This document shows, piece by piece, positions 63,936 through 64,000 of a stretch of 64,000 bases of DNA. Every line of letters begins with the position of its first letter. Position 1 is the first letter of the stretch. The stretch comes from Cetorhinus maximus. Lineage: Eukaryota. The notes under the pieces are model-generated. The model ran no database searches, had not been told where the DNA came from, and worked only from the letters and a program-made list of their open reading frames with translations. The stretch lies in NCBI RefSeq assembly GCF_964194155.1, contig NC_135896.1, positions 79,422,001 to 79,486,000 on the forward strand. The letters run 5' to 3'. A program made the position numbers and the translations under genes.

Positions 63936-64000
63936 TGTCGCCTGAGTTAAAGCTTAAATGCGACAGTTATTCTGGATGGGAGACTGGAAAGTGGGACAGA

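Overview
Eukaryotic (vertebrate) genomic DNA. The repeat content (CR1 LINEs, Deu-domain SINEs, Penelope-type pieces, Harbinger elements) points to a cartilaginous fish; this is an inference. The window is almost all intron of one plus-strand host gene of the RMDN family, most likely RMDN2. Three phase-0 coding exons are visible (17348-17425, 54277-54375, 55312-55365), with a ~36.9 kb intron between the first two. More than half of the window is decayed, often nested, transposable elements: many CR1 fragments, L2 and Deu-SINE remnants, two PIF/Harbinger elements plus MITEs, a Gmr1-type Gypsy element (integrase before RT), solo and tandem LTRs, and Penelope-type fragments, one with a degenerate hammerhead ribozyme core. 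The most striking observation is a ~3.2 kb EN-RT LINE (7949-11129) bounded by a probable target-site duplication. It has no ORF1 and starts with a tRNA-like Pol III A/B-box head, and two ~390 bp SINEs in the window consist of this element's 5' head joined to its 3' tail. I could not check its novelty against Repbase/Dfam. Nearly all ORF-track entries are TE debris or chance ORFs. TE boundaries without a stated TSD are approximate, and identities are by eye.
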